Assembly (NCBI GenBank): GCA_963792585.1 | Contig: CAWBWI010000006.1 | Coordinates: 128,001-192,000 of the forward strand | Reading direction: 5' to 3' | DNA from: Candidatus Eiseniibacteriota bacterium | GTDB taxonomy: Bacteria; Eisenbacteria; RBG-16-71-46; CAIMUX01; VGJL01 | DNA: 64,000 nt | Shown here: positions 28,067-40,828 of the stretch, piece by piece | How the letters are laid out: every line of letters starts with the position of its first letter | Numbering within the stretch: position 1 is the first letter of the stretch | Notes under the pieces: model-generated | What the model saw: the letters and a program-made list of their open reading frames with translations, nothing else | What the model was told of the DNA's origin: nothing | The model's database searches: none | Made by a program: the position numbers and the translations under genes

Positions 28067-28501
28067 TTAGAGGAGCGCCGCGTCGATCTCGATTTCGAGT
28101 CCGGGCTTCAGGAGGGTCGAAACCGGGCACTGGACCTCGAGCGCGATCTGCTTGAAGGTCGCCGCGTCCATTCCCGGGACCTTCCCCCGCGTCACCAGCG
28201 CCATCTTCGTGATCTTGAAGCCGCCCGTCGGCTGCGGGCTCAGGTGACAGGTCGCGCTCGTCTCGATCGCCTCGGGGACGTGCCCCTTGCCGGCGAGGGT
28301 GTGCGCGAACGCCATGCTGAAGCAACCGGCATGCGCCGCCGCGATCAACTCCTCGGGATTCGTCCCGGGCGCTTGCTCGAAGCGCGTCGCGAACGAGTAC
28401 GGGGTCGCCTTCAGCACGCCGCTCGTCGCGTCGAGCGTCCCCTTTCCGCCCTTCAAGTCACCGTTCCAGACGGCCTTGGCCGTCCTCGTGATATCCGCCA
28501 T
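28067..28501 (-). CDS. osmC: OsmC family peroxiredoxin
   Basis: YSFATRFE..GTNPEELIAAAHAGCFSMA and CPVS. Confidence 0.95.
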   Translation of the reverse strand: MADITRTAKAVWNGDLKGGKGTLDATSGVLKATPYSFATRFEQAPGTNPEELIAAAHAGCFSMAFAHTLAGKGHVPEAIETSATCHLSPQPTGGFKITKMALVTRGKVPGMDAATFKQIALEVQCPVSTLLKPGLEIEIDAALL

Positions 28502-28552
28502 TGTTCTTGAATCCTCCCTTTCACGGATCGTTCGTTCGGGGTATTCCGCCCA

Positions 28553-29561
<1,009 letters not shown>

Positions 29562-29573
29562 CCTCCCCACCCC

Positions 29574-30580
<1,007 letters not shown>

Positions 30581-30781
30581 CCGCTAGCCTCCCTGATGAT
30601 GAACGGAAGCGGCCCCCGCCGCCGATGACTCGTCGGATCGTACCATGCCCCCCCGAACGGCGTCAGCCGCCCACCGGGCGCCTATTCCCCGCAGGTCTCG
30701 ATCCGGAACTTGAAATCGACCTACGGAGTACCGATTCTTCTAGAGTATGGCTTTCGACCCTATCCCCCGAAGGAGGCCCGT

Positions 30782-32026
30782 ATGCGGCTGATCTCCGTCC
30801 TTGGCGCGGCTTTGATCCTCGCCATCGGCTTCCCCGGCCGGAGTGCGGGACAGGAAACCGTCCCATCGACGGTCCCCTCGACACCCGATTGGAGCGCGGG
30901 GAAAGGAGCCACAGCCGAAATCAACGTCCTCGGACCGGGCGGCGCCCTCCTGCGCAAGACCTACGGCGTCGCCCTCGGAGAGCCTGCCCGGCTGGTCCTC
31001 CGATTGACCGAGCTTGCGGGGGCGGAAAAGGTGCTTGCCTCCTTCCGCGACGGGACGAAAGCCGAGGCGGCGACGGTCTATTCCACCGATCCCATCCAGG
31101 ACATCGCCGTCATCGAAATGTCGACGCCGCTGCCGGCGCCTCCCGAACCCGCGCTGGCGATCAAGTGGCGCCTCAACGCGAAAGTCCAGGTCCTGCCGGG
31201 ACCCGGCATGGGCGAGGAAGCTCAGGAGCAGACCATCACCGAGCCGTTCGAACAGGGTACGATCCGGTTGGTTCCCCTTTCCGGCGACTCCCCCAACGGG
31301 CTCGCCGTCATGGATGTGACCGGCAGGTGGATCGGATTGACGGGCAGGATCGAAGACCCGAGCGGGAAGTTCACCTATCTGACCTCGAGCGAGCAGATCA
31401 TTCCGATCATCTTCGGCGCGCCGGCGAGCAAACCGATCGCGCAGCTCGGCGTCACGCCTCCCGACTGGCAGAACCCGCGCGAGGCGATCGGCATGCTGGC
31501 GCGGGGAGTCCTCCGCTCCTTCCAGAAGCCCGCCGAGGCGGGGCCATTCTACGACCTCGCACTGCAGCGCGATCGGACGTTGCCCGACGTCTACTTTTGG
31601 ATGGGGAAGAGCGCGTTCAAGCAGCAGAAGTTCGCCGACGCGGAGGCGAGCTTCCGCGAGACGATCCGGTTGAAGCCCGACTGGGCGATGGCCTACCACA
31701 TGGCGGGCGCCGCCGCGAACCAGCAGGGTCACTACGACGTGGCTCTCGAATTCTACGACCAGGGGCTGAAGGTCAACCCGAACAGTGCAATGACGATGAC
31801 CAACAAGTCGGGGGCGCTCTACAACCTCGGCAGGGTCCAGGAGTCGATCGAGGTCCTGAAGAAGGCGATCGCGGCCGATTCGACGTACGCTCTGGCGGTC
31901 CACAACCTGGGGGTCACCTACTCGTCGATGGGAAACCGGGTGGACGCGGAAGCGATGTATAACAAGCTCATGACCATGGACAGGTACCTCGCGAAGTCGT
32001 TGCGCGACCGGTTGGATGCGAAATAG
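30782..32026 (+). CDS. Exported TPR protein with degenerate trypsin-like N-terminal domain
   Basis: ATG 30782 after AAGGAGG; signal peptide; DIAVIE and GLAVMDVTGRWIGL; about 5 TPRs (HNLGVTY etc.). Confidence 0.8.
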   Translation: MRLISVLGAALILAIGFPGRSAGQETVPSTVPSTPDWSAGKGATAEINVLGPGGALLRKTYGVALGEPARLVLRLTELAGAEKVLASFRDGTKAEAATVYSTDPIQDIAVIEMSTPLPAPPEPALAIKWRLNAKVQVLPGPGMGEEAQEQTITEPFEQGTIRLVPLSGDSPNGLAVMDVTGRWIGLTGRIEDPSGKFTYLTSSEQIIPIIFGAPASKPIAQLGVTPPDWQNPREAIGMLARGVLRSFQKPAEAGPFYDLALQRDRTLPDVYFWMGKSAFKQQKFADAEASFRETIRLKPDWAMAYHMAGAAANQQGHYDVALEFYDQGLKVNPNSAMTMTNKSGALYNLGRVQESIEVLKKAIAADSTYALAVHNLGVTYSSMGNRVDAEAMYNKLMTMDRYLAKSLRDRLDAK

Positions 32027-34094
32027 GGGCGGGACCGTTACCTTGCTTTCTCAGTCCGCTCCAACGGCGCCGGCGATCCGGCACCTGCGTTACCTGTTTC
32101 TCTCGCTCCTCGCCGCGGCCGCGCTGCTCCCCGTTTCCCTGCCTGCCCCGGTGGCGATCCCGATCCTCGCCATCGTGTTCGGCATTCTGCCGGGCGCGAT
32201 CGTCGCGCGGATCATCATGCCTTTCGCATCCAGGACGGCGCGTCTCCTCGTCGCCCTGGCGATTTCCCCATTCCTCGCCGGGGGGATCGGCGCGCTGCTC
32301 ATGGGAATCGGCGCCGCACCCGCCGCCGCAGGACGCATCGTCGCGGCCATCCTCGTCCTGGGCGGGGTAGGGATCGCCCTCGATCGCCGATCCCCCGACA
32401 CCACACCGACCCACCCCGACGAAAGCGATGCGGTGCGGCGGGGCGATCGATGGATCCTCATGGTCGCGGGCGCCTGGACGGTCTTGATCGCGGCCGTCCT
32501 CCTCGGAAATCGCGCATTGATGTTCCGCTCGGACGGCTGGTTCCACGCGGCCGTCAGCACGCAGATCGCGCAGCGGGGGCTTCCACCGGAGGATCCATTC
32601 TTCGCCGGACTTCGCCTTTTCTACTTCTGGGGTCCGCATGCGTGGGCCTCTCTCTGGAACGCCCTCCAGCCGGAGCTTTCGGTCTGGGCTCCGCTTGTGG
32701 TGATGAACCTCTCGGGGGCCTTTGCATCGATTCTCGGCATCGGCCTCCTCGCGCGCCGCCTGGGCGCCGCACCCGCAGGAATGGCCGCTGCCGCCGTCGC
32801 CGCGATCCTGGGAAACGCCCCACTCGCATGGGGGTGGGTCGTCGGGCGGGCGTGGACCGGCGAGGTCCGGGGGTTCGAGGAGCTCGCGCGTCTGACCGGG
32901 AACGGTCTGGAGCCCGCGCTCTCGGCGATGAGCACCGGGATGCTCCACGTGTCGATGGTCTTCTTCGGGGGGAAGTTCCTCGTCTTGACCCCGTTCGGTC
33001 TCGGCTTCGGGATCTTCGCGGCGTTTCTGATCCTCTTCCTGGACTTCGTGCGGGACCGATCGCCGCGGCAGGGAGTCGGCATGGCGCTGTTCACCGGCGC
33101 GGCGCTCTTCGTTCACACGGTGATCGGTATCTGCTGCGTCGCACTCGCGGCCGGATGGTGGGGCTGGACGCTCTTGCGATCGCTCGTCACGAAGCAGGCG
33201 GATGCGCGGCGTCCGCTCGTTCCCCTTCTCCTGGCCATCGCGGCCGGCGGGGCGATCGCGTCTCCCTACCTCGCCTCGATCCTCGGCGGCGGCGGACGGC
33301 AGATGGGGATCGGCGTCACCCGCGAGGCGATCGTCACATGGATTTGGGGCGGCGCCATCGTGGTCCCCGCGGGAATGCTCTGGCTCGCCCGCGCGGCGCG
33401 CCGGGATCCGATCAAGCGCGACCTCCTGATTCTCGCGATCCTGTTGACCCTGCCGGGACTCGTCCTCGTCCTGACGGACAACAATCAGTCGAAGTTCTTC
33501 AACCTGCTCTTCTACATGCTCTCCGCCCCCGCAGGGATCGCGTGGCTCGAGATCTGTCGTCGCAGGCGGGGGGTGCTGCGGATTGGACTGATCCTCGCGC
33601 TCGCGATGGCGACGATTCCCACCGCGGGGCTCTCCCTGTGGGCCTATGCGACCGAATCGGGGAGCTTCGTGAGCGGCGCGACCAAGCTCACCGCGGGGGA
33701 ACGGTCGGCATTCGCGTGGGCCCGCGCCCACACCCCGTCCGACGCGATCTTCGTCGAGGAGACGGCGGCGCGGGACGCGACGGTCCTGGCGGGACGCAGC
33801 GTGCTATGGGGCGGGCCGGGGTGGGCGCACAAATGGGGATACCCGGACGAGGCGCTCCGCCTCCGGGAGCAGGCGAATCGGGAGCTGTCGGCGGCCACGG
33901 TCTCGCCGGAAACCCGGACATTCCTCGCCAGCCTCCACCGCCCCGTCATCATCGTGGCGCGCAGGCGCGCGGAAACCGGCGTTCTCTCCGCTTGGATCAC
34001 CATCCCGCAGGCTCCGGAATCGTATCGGCCGATCTACATGGGGGAGGACGTCAGGCTCTACGAGTGGGATCAGACGACGTCCTGGCGCCGGTAG
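32016..34094 (+). CDS. Multi-pass membrane protein, GT-C-like glycosyltransferase candidate
   Basis: Many TM segments; SDGWFH..PPEDPFFAG..LFYFWGPH loop; AFAWARAHTPSDAIF C-terminal domain. Confidence 0.65.
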   Translation: MRNRGGTVTLLSQSAPTAPAIRHLRYLFLSLLAAAALLPVSLPAPVAIPILAIVFGILPGAIVARIIMPFASRTARLLVALAISPFLAGGIGALLMGIGAAPAAAGRIVAAILVLGGVGIALDRRSPDTTPTHPDESDAVRRGDRWILMVAGAWTVLIAAVLLGNRALMFRSDGWFHAAVSTQIAQRGLPPEDPFFAGLRLFYFWGPHAWASLWNALQPELSVWAPLVVMNLSGAFASILGIGLLARRLGAAPAGMAAAAVAAILGNAPLAWGWVVGRAWTGEVRGFEELARLTGNGLEPALSAMSTGMLHVSMVFFGGKFLVLTPFGLGFGIFAAFLILFLDFVRDRSPRQGVGMALFTGAALFVHTVIGICCVALAAGWWGWTLLRSLVTKQADARRPLVPLLLAIAAGGAIASPYLASILGGGGRQMGIGVTREAIVTWIWGGAIVVPAGMLWLARAARRDPIKRDLLILAILLTLPGLVLVLTDNNQSKFFNLLFYMLSAPAGIAWLEICRRRRGVLRIGLILALAMATIPTAGLSLWAYATESGSFVSGATKLTAGERSAFAWARAHTPSDAIFVEETAARDATVLAGRSVLWGGPGWAHKWGYPDEALRLREQANRELSAATVSPETRTFLASLHRPVIIVARRRAETGVLSAWITIPQAPESYRPIYMGEDVRLYEWDQTTSWRR

Positions 34095-34555
34095 GGACCG
34101 CTCTTGCCCCCCCACTTCTCATCCAGATAGACGGCCTCGATCACCATTCCGCGATCGATCGACTTGCACATATCGTAGACCGTGAGGGCCGCGACGGACG
34201 CGGCCGTGAGCGCCTCCATCTCGACGCCGGTGCGCGCGGTGCAACGGATCTCCGCGCGGATGTGGACGATTCCAGCCTCGACCGTGAGATCGACGGAGGC
34301 GAGATCGAGCGCCAGGGGGTGACAGAGCGGGATCAGCTCGCCCGTTCTCTTCGCCGCCTGGATGCCGGCGATGCGCGCGACATCCAGAACCCGTCCTTTG
34401 GAGACGGCGTCCGCCGCGATCGCGGCGGCGACCTTCTCGCCGATGCGCACGCGCGCCTTCGCGATCGCGCCGCGGCCCGTCACGTCCTTGTCCGAGACGT
34501 CGACCATCCGCGCCCCCTTCGGGCCGAGATGGGAGAAGGAGGGATCGAGGGTCAT
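34070..34555 (-). CDS. moaC: Cyclic pyranopterin monophosphate synthase
   Basis: MVDVSDK, LIPLCHPL, TGVEMEAL, YDMCKS, KWGGKSG; ATGA overlap with moeA. Confidence 0.96.
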   Translation of the reverse strand: MTLDPSFSHLGPKGARMVDVSDKDVTGRGAIAKARVRIGEKVAAAIAADAVSKGRVLDVARIAGIQAAKRTGELIPLCHPLALDLASVDLTVEAGIVHIRAEIRCTARTGVEMEALTAASVAALTVYDMCKSIDRGMVIEAVYLDEKWGGKSGPYRRQDVV

Positions 34556-35802
34556 GGCTCCTCCGCAACCGGCGCGCAGCCGGGAATCGGATCGACTTCG
34601 AGGATGCTTCCCTCCGGGATCATCCCATCTCCCCCCTTTACGCGGAGGAAGGCGCGGGCGGCGGCGACCGAAACGAAGTCGCCGCTGCCGTGAGAGACGA
34701 TCTCTCGTGCGCGCAGGGCTCCCTCGCCGTCGACGCGCAGGTCGCACGGAACGAAGTGAAGAAAGCCGGCGGGACGCTGCAGCGGTGTGTCCGAGCGCGC
34801 CCGCAACGGCCGATGGGTCTCCCCGCGCCAGGCGCGGATGAAGGGCACGAGGAACTCGACCGCGGTGGCCAGGACGCTGACCGGATTGCCGGGAAGACCG
34901 AAGACGGCGGTTCGCCGCCCTCCCTTCGTGTCGATCCCGAAGAGAAACGGTTTGCCCGGCCGGATCGCCACGCGGTGCAGAACGATCCGCACCCCGAGTT
35001 CGCGCAGGATGTCCGGCACGAGATCGAGCCGGCCCGCCGAGACGCCGCCGGTCACGACGAGGATGTCGTGCCCGAGTCCCCGGCGCAGCGCGCGCCGCAG
35101 CGGCGCGGGGTCGTCCTCGATGATCCCGAGACGGCTGACCCCGCTCACGCCGGCCGCCTCCACGATCGCCGCGACCGTCGCGTCGTTCGCGCTGCGGACC
35201 TGCACGCTCGTCGGCTTCGAGGAGGGGGGAACGAGTTCGTGGCCCGTCACGACGATCGCCACCTCGGGCTGTGTGTAGACGGGAACCGCTTCGACCCCCA
35301 CCGATGCGAGCAGCGCCGCCTCGGCCGGGGTGATGCGACGTCCGCGGGGAACGAGCAGCGCCCCACGGCGGGCATCTTCACCTCGATCGGCGATCCCCTC
35401 GCGTCGCGCCCGGCCTCGCTCGAGGGGGCCCTCGAGGTAGGCGCGCCCCGCGGCCTCCCGGGCGCGTTCGACGGGGATCACCCCCTGGGCCCCGGCAGGC
35501 ACGGATGCGCCGGTCCAGACGCGCACGCAGGTGTCGGGCGCCAGAAGGCGGGGCGGCTTCTCGCCCGCGGCAACCTCGCCCACCACGGGCAAGACCTGCA
35601 TCCCGCCGAACTCCCCGCTCACGCGGACGGCATAGCCGTCGAGCATCGAGCGGTCGAAGGGGGGCAGGTCCCGGTCGGCGCGGACATCGCGCGCGAGCAG
35701 GCGTCCCTGCGCGCCCGCGAGCGTAACGGTCTCTCGTTTCGGCGCCGGCGCCGCGGCGAGCACGCGCCGCAGCGCTTCATCGAAGGGCAGGAGCGGCTTC
35801 AT
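34552..35802 (-). CDS. moeA: Molybdopterin molybdotransferase
   Basis: PPFDRSMLDGYA, TGGVSAG..D, IRPGKP, FGLPGNPVS. Confidence 0.95.
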   Translation of the reverse strand: MKPLLPFDEALRRVLAAAPAPKRETVTLAGAQGRLLARDVRADRDLPPFDRSMLDGYAVRVSGEFGGMQVLPVVGEVAAGEKPPRLLAPDTCVRVWTGASVPAGAQGVIPVERAREAAGRAYLEGPLERGRARREGIADRGEDARRGALLVPRGRRITPAEAALLASVGVEAVPVYTQPEVAIVVTGHELVPPSSKPTSVQVRSANDATVAAIVEAAGVSGVSRLGIIEDDPAPLRRALRRGLGHDILVVTGGVSAGRLDLVPDILRELGVRIVLHRVAIRPGKPFLFGIDTKGGRRTAVFGLPGNPVSVLATAVEFLVPFIRAWRGETHRPLRARSDTPLQRPAGFLHFVPCDLRVDGEGALRAREIVSHGSGDFVSVAAARAFLRVKGGDGMIPEGSILEVDPIPGCAPVAEEP

Positions 35803-35968
35803 GGGATTCCCTCACGGGCGGGGTTGTCCGCCATGTCGATGAGACTACCCCACGATGCGACTCCGTCCTACCCCCGGCGCGGTCCGCGGATGGGCGCTCG
35901 CGCGATCACCGGCCGATGATCACGCTCCCTCCATCGGGGATGATGCGCCCCGCGCACCGAGGAAACAC

Positions 35969-36631
35969 TCAATCGGCGAGCGGTCCGCCTTCGGGAAGGA
36001 ACTGCTTGAGGGGGCACGCGTCGCACCGGGGCCGAGGTCCACAATATCGGTGGCCCACCCACACGAACTGGGCATGGAAATCGTTGTACAGAGGGATCGA
36101 AGGGGAGATGTGGTTCTCCAGATAGGCACGGGTTTCCTCGTACCCGCCACGATGGAGTCCGTGCCGTCCCAGGACGCGGTGCGTGTATGCGTCCACCACG
36201 AATACAGGGCGATCGAAGACGTAGAGGAGCATCGAGTCTGCCGTCTCGGGCCCGATCCCCCAGATCCCGAGCAGCTCGGTGCGCAATTCGTTGGTCGGGA
36301 CACGGCCGGCACGCGCAAGACTCCCCCCGTGTCGGGTCTGCAACCATGCCAGGAAGCTCTTGAGCTTGCGCGCCTTCTGGCGGTACGAACCCGATGCCCG
36401 GATCGCCTCCGCGAGTTCGGGTTCCGTGATGGCCGCCATTGCGCGCGGGCTCAACCAACGCTTCGCGCGAAGCGACGCAATCGCTTTCTCGACGTTCGCC
36501 CAAGCGGTGTTCTGGGTCAGGATCGCGCCGGTCGCGACCTCGAAGCGGGTCCTTCCGGGCCACCATCCGAGCGGACCGTGATCGTCGCGAAGGGTCTCGT
36601 AGATGGCTCGGAGACGGTCGTCGTGCCGCAT
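35969..36631 (-). CDS. HhH-GPD (endonuclease III-like) DNA glycosylase
   Basis: GAILTQNTAWANVE, GIGPETADS, FVVDAYT, C-terminal Cys cluster; alternative GTG start at 36664. Confidence 0.9.
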   Translation of the reverse strand: MRHDDRLRAIYETLRDDHGPLGWWPGRTRFEVATGAILTQNTAWANVEKAIASLRAKRWLSPRAMAAITEPELAEAIRASGSYRQKARKLKSFLAWLQTRHGGSLARAGRVPTNELRTELLGIWGIGPETADSMLLYVFDRPVFVVDAYTHRVLGRHGLHRGGYEETRAYLENHISPSIPLYNDFHAQFVWVGHRYCGPRPRCDACPLKQFLPEGGPLAD

Positions 36632-36778
36632 CGCGCCGGTGCGAAGTTGCTTCACCGGAGGCACTGGGAAGCGATGAACGGAGGCGACGGAGAGGATCGA
36701 CTCCCCCCCGTCGCCCGTAAGTCCGATGCGATCATCCCCGTCTCCCGTGCCGCCACGGAGGTCGGACGAGCCCGCTCC

Positions 36779-37402
36779 CTACTTGCTCGCGGGAGCGATG
36801 ACCTTGACGCTCTTGATCAGGATCGGGTCGATCGGAACGTCGCTATACGCGCCCTTCGTGGTCGTCGGCACGGCGACGATCTTGTCGGCGATGTCCATCC
36901 CCTCGAGGACCTTTCCGAAGACCGCATAACCGTTGCCGTCCGGCTTCGGATAATCGAGGTTCGCGTTGTCCTTCACGTTGATGAAGAACTGCGAGGTCGC
37001 GGAGTTCGGATCGCCGGTCCGCGCCATCGCGATGGCGCCGCGGGCGTTTTTCAGACCGTTCTGCGACTCGAGCGGGATCGGAGGCTTCCCCTGCTTCTGG
37101 TCCATGTTCTTGCTGAAGCCGCCTCCCTGAATCATGAAGCCCGGGATGACCCGGTGAAAGATCGTATCGGTGAAGAAGCCTTCCTTCACATAGGTCAGGA
37201 AGTTTTCCACCGTCTTCGGCGCCTTCTCCGGATACAGCTCGATCTTGATGTTGCCCATCGTCGTTTCCATCAACACCACAACGGCCTTCCCTTTCGTCAC
37301 GGCGGGCGTCGACGCCTCCGTGGGCTTCTTCTCATCGGCCGCGCCCGCCAGACCTGCCGTGAGCAGGCACAGCAGACCGGCAAGCAGCATCTTCCTCGAC
37401 AT
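36779..37402 (-). CDS. ppiA: Exported cyclophilin-type peptidyl-prolyl isomerase
   Basis: Signal peptide; [43 protein letters not shown]. Confidence 0.93.
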   Translation of the reverse strand: MSRKMLLAGLLCLLTAGLAGAADEKKPTEASTPAVTKGKAVVVLMETTMGNIKIELYPEKAPKTVENFLTYVKEGFFTDTIFHRVIPGFMIQGGGFSKNMDQKQGKPPIPLESQNGLKNARGAIAMARTGDPNSATSQFFINVKDNANLDYPKPDGNGYAVFGKVLEGMDIADKIVAVPTTTKGAYSDVPIDPILIKSVKVIAPASK

Positions 37403-37597
37403 TGTCCTCAACCTCCTCGCAACTCGGGTTCGGGTGATCGGAACCCGAACCGACGGCCCCCGCGGTGGGGTGGCGTCCGGTTCGGTCCGCCTCGTACACG
37501 GGACTCTATCAGAGGGTTCCTCGGCGCGGCAACGCAGGGCTCCCCCTGGCGCACCGGCGCGGAGGTGGTACGATCCCCTTCGAAGGGAGAACTGCTG

Positions 37598-38197
37598 ATG
37601 CGACGTTGCCCCTTTGCGCCCCTCCTGGGGGGCCTCTTGCTCGTCCTCGCCCTCCCGTGCTGCTCTCCCAAGGGGGGAACCCCCCAGGAACCGGCCATCG
37701 ACTTCAATGAGGAACTCCAGCGGGCCTGGGGCCAGTTCCGGGCGCACGACTTCCCCGCCGCCTCGGTCTCCTTCCGCCTCCTCTCGCGGCGATTTCCCGA
37801 GGCCGCCGAAGGGCGGGTCGGGCTCGGCTGGTGCCAGATTGTCGCCGACAGCCTGGAGGCGGCCTACGCGAGCTTCGGGTTGGCGGGCGGTCTGCGGGGC
37901 GACGACAACGCGGTCGCCGGCATCGCGGTCGTCGCTTCCGCGATGGGATGGGATTCGATCGCGGTCGAGGCGTCGTCGAAAGCGACCGATCCGACCTGGA
38001 TCTTCGGAGGCGACCCGCAATTCGGCTACCCCGACCTCGTCTTCATCAAGGCGCTGGGAGAGTTCCATCTCCTCCATTACGAGGACTGCTACGCAACGCT
38101 TCTCATCCTCATCCCGGATCTTCGGATCGATCTCGGGGCGTTCGACTTTCGCGAGGAGCTCTTCTCTGCGCTCGAGTCGCTGCGGGGGCAGGTATGA
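37598..38197 (+). CDS. Putative lipoprotein with TPR-like helices
   Basis: ATG 37598 after GGGAG; hydrophobic leader ending LALPCC; VGLGWC TPR-like segment; ATGA overlap with next gene. Confidence 0.65.
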   Translation: MRRCPFAPLLGGLLLVLALPCCSPKGGTPQEPAIDFNEELQRAWGQFRAHDFPAASVSFRLLSRRFPEAAEGRVGLGWCQIVADSLEAAYASFGLAGGLRGDDNAVAGIAVVASAMGWDSIAVEASSKATDPTWIFGGDPQFGYPDLVFIKALGEFHLLHYEDCYATLLILIPDLRIDLGAFDFREELFSALESLRGQV

Positions 38198-40821
38198 TCC
38201 GCCGCGCGATCGTTCTCGTCTTGCTCTGTCTTGGTCCGGTCACGGGCCGCGCCTCCTCGAGCTGGCAGGTCCGCACCTTCCCCGAGGGATCGGGTCGATG
38301 GGTCACGACAACCAACTCCGACGCGCTTCGCGTATTCGGATCCTTCGAGGGGGGCACGGTCTGGGACACCCGCAATGCGGGGCTCTCGGGGAGTCTCCTG
38401 GGCGCTACCGTCCCGTTCCCCGTCGACAGCATCGCGTCGGTCGCGGATGAAGGCGAAATGCTCGTGTATGAAGGGCGTGCGTGGCGTCGCGACTATCCGA
38501 CGTGGACTCCCTTCATTCTCGCCGACTCGATCGGAGCGATCACCGCCGCGGGGGGCAACCCGTGGGTCGGATCGGCTTACACCTTCGGCAACGCGGCGGG
38601 AGTCGTCTTCCGCGGCAACGGCACCAGCACCCAGCAGCGCATCGGCGATTTTCAGGGAGTCACGGTCCGCCGGTTCTTCGGCCGGGGCGACGAGGGCGTG
38701 CGGCTCCTTCTGGCCGACGGAAGGCTCTTCGTGCAGAACGATGGGTGGACGGAGTCTCCCATGCGCGCCTCCGTGGCCGGATTCTGGGACGACCGCCTCG
38801 GCTACGCGATCGAGAAAGAGACGCTCCACCTCTGGAATACGACCGACGCGGGGCTCCACTGGACCGCGCTGAGCGAGACGCTTGCGACTCCGACGTTGGC
38901 CGTGTGGGCCGCCCACGCCCGCAGCATCTCGATCGACGACAGCGGCCACGGGGTGATCCCGTGCGGAGACGCGATTCTGATGACCGGGGACGGAGGGACG
39001 AGCTGGATCGTCGCCGCCGTCGGCGAGGAGATGTTCCTCGACGCCGCGATCGACTCGGAGGGACATGTCCTGACCGTGGGCCGGCGCCTGCACCGCTGCG
39101 CGGGCGGTTCGTTCGACTTCGAGCAGGTCGCGGGCGCTGATTTCGGCCGCGTCATCATGGGCTCCAACGCCACGTTCTGGGCACACGACGACGGCCTACT
39201 CCTCAGCGTCGACCAGGGAAGTCGCTGGTTCCGGCAGGCGATCCCCGACGCGCCGGGACGGTTGCGTCGTATCGCCGCGCTGGGAGACTACGACTTGTGG
39301 CTGCACTTCGACGGGCAGGACGGAAGTCGCACGTACCGCACGCGGGATCGGGGCAATTCCTTCGTTCCCCTCGATCTTCCCGGCCTCCTGCACGGAGCGA
39401 TCGCCTGGTCGATCCCCGATTCTCTGTCCGCGTGGGCGGCGACGCGCGAGGCGGTCCTGCGCAGCGTCGATGGCGGCGCCCATTGGAGCGTGACGCGTGA
39501 TCGTCTCGACGGGATCCAGGTACTGGCCGCGATCGACTCGCTGCATGCCGCGGTGCGCACCGCGACAGCGTTCGTCTACACGGCCGACGGCGGGGTCAGC
39601 TGGATCGAAGGTCCCACGCCCCCCGCCGGACCGTTCACGGCGATCGACTTCACCCCCGACGGCGGGTGGGCCGCCGCCGGAACCGGACTCTATCGCGCCT
39701 CCCCCACCGATCCATGGAATCTCACCGCCTCGATCTCCGCGGGCGACACACTACGGGACCTTTCGATCGCCCCGGATGGAACCGGATGGAGCGTCGGCAG
39801 CTCCGGGTTGGTCCTGGGAACCGATGATTCCGGTCGATCGTGGAATCCTTACCGCGTGAACCTCGAGCTCAACGCGATCGACACGACCTTCGTCCAGTTG
39901 TGCCTCCTCGACTCGGGCGATGGCGTCACGGGCGCGGGGACGAAGCTCATCCGCTTTCTTCCCGATCGCAGCGGGCCGATCTTCCGCATCGGCGTCTCGG
40001 CGAATCCGTTCCTACCCCGTCGCGTCGATATCCACGTCACCGCCCTCGAGCGCCTGCGCGACGACTCGCTCCGCGTCAGAGTCGACGGCGTCGATCTGCC
40101 CGCTACGCTGATCGATCCGGACGGCTTCCTCTATCGCGCACGCTTCGAGATCCCGGCGGACCCGACCGAGCAGCTGCTCACCGTGAGCGGGCGCGACTGG
40201 GAAGGCAACGAGCGAAGCGACGCGCGCGCGCTCCTCGCGCTCGTCCTCGACCGCGACGGCCGCGCGGATGCGCTTTGGAACGGCCAGCCCATCCGCATCG
40301 CCGGCGGGGCCGCCGCAGCGGTGGTGTTCCTCGGCGGAGACGGCGAGTTCGGGATACCGCCGCCGGACGCCTCGATATCGGGGGCCCCCTTCGCGGTCGT
40401 TGCGATGACTCCCACGACGCTGGCTGCGCGGGATTCCGGCATCGGAATGATCCGATGGGATGGCGACCGGTGGGTTCCGGCCGATGGGGATATGGTCACA
40501 CCCGGCGCGCGGGAGATCCGCGCTTTCGTCCGCCGCGGGGGAGGATCGGCGAACACCGAATTGCTCCGCGTCTTTCCCGTTCCGAGCCGCGACGAATGCA
40601 CGATCCAGTGGAACGGATCGACGGCGATCGCGGTGCGCTGGGAGCTGTTCGACCTCGCGGGCCGGAAGGTCGCCTCGGGCATTCTCCCCGCCGGGGCCGG
40701 GCGCACGATTCACTGGCGCGCGGTCGATGCCGCCGGGCGTGCGCTGCCCACGGGCGTCTACTGGCTGCGCGCTTCGGCGGACGGGGAACGGGCGACCCGA
40801 AGGATTCTCATCGAACGATGA
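38194..40821 (+). CDS. Secreted YCF48/BNR (Asp-box) beta-propeller protein with FlgD-Ig/T9SS-A-like tail
   Basis: Repeats [48 protein letters not shown]; tail VFPVPS...FDLAGR...[15 protein letters not shown]...RRILIER. Confidence 0.85.
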   Translation: MIRRAIVLVLLCLGPVTGRASSSWQVRTFPEGSGRWVTTTNSDALRVFGSFEGGTVWDTRNAGLSGSLLGATVPFPVDSIASVADEGEMLVYEGRAWRRDYPTWTPFILADSIGAITAAGGNPWVGSAYTFGNAAGVVFRGNGTSTQQRIGDFQGVTVRRFFGRGDEGVRLLLADGRLFVQNDGWTESPMRASVAGFWDDRLGYAIEKETLHLWNTTDAGLHWTALSETLATPTLAVWAAHARSISIDDSGHGVIPCGDAILMTGDGGTSWIVAAVGEEMFLDAAIDSEGHVLTVGRRLHRCAGGSFDFEQVAGADFGRVIMGSNATFWAHDDGLLLSVDQGSRWFRQAIPDAPGRLRRIAALGDYDLWLHFDGQDGSRTYRTRDRGNSFVPLDLPGLLHGAIAWSIPDSLSAWAATREAVLRSVDGGAHWSVTRDRLDGIQVLAAIDSLHAAVRTATAFVYTADGGVSWIEGPTPPAGPFTAIDFTPDGGWAAAGTGLYRASPTDPWNLTASISAGDTLRDLSIAPDGTGWSVGSSGLVLGTDDSGRSWNPYRVNLELNAIDTTFVQLCLLDSGDGVTGAGTKLIRFLPDRSGPIFRIGVSANPFLPRRVDIHVTALERLRDDSLRVRVDGVDLPATLIDPDGFLYRARFEIPADPTEQLLTVSGRDWEGNERSDARALLALVLDRDGRADALWNGQPIRIAGGAAAAVVFLGGDGEFGIPPPDASISGAPFAVVAMTPTTLAARDSGIGMIRWDGDRWVPADGDMVTPGAREIRAFVRRGGGSANTELLRVFPVPSRDECTIQWNGSTAIAVRWELFDLAGRKVASGILPAGAGRTIHWRAVDAAGRALPTGVYWLRASADGERATRRILIER

Positions 40822-40828
40822 GGGGACG

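Noticed and set aside
35803..35968. Moco or fluoride riboswitch upstream of moeA
   Set aside because: No recognisable conserved motif by eye; an Rfam scan would be needed.
35855..37597. 780-aa ORF appearing to be one large protein
   Set aside because: Only the last 199 aa (from 37598) look real; the rest is antisense to the glycosylase and ppiA.
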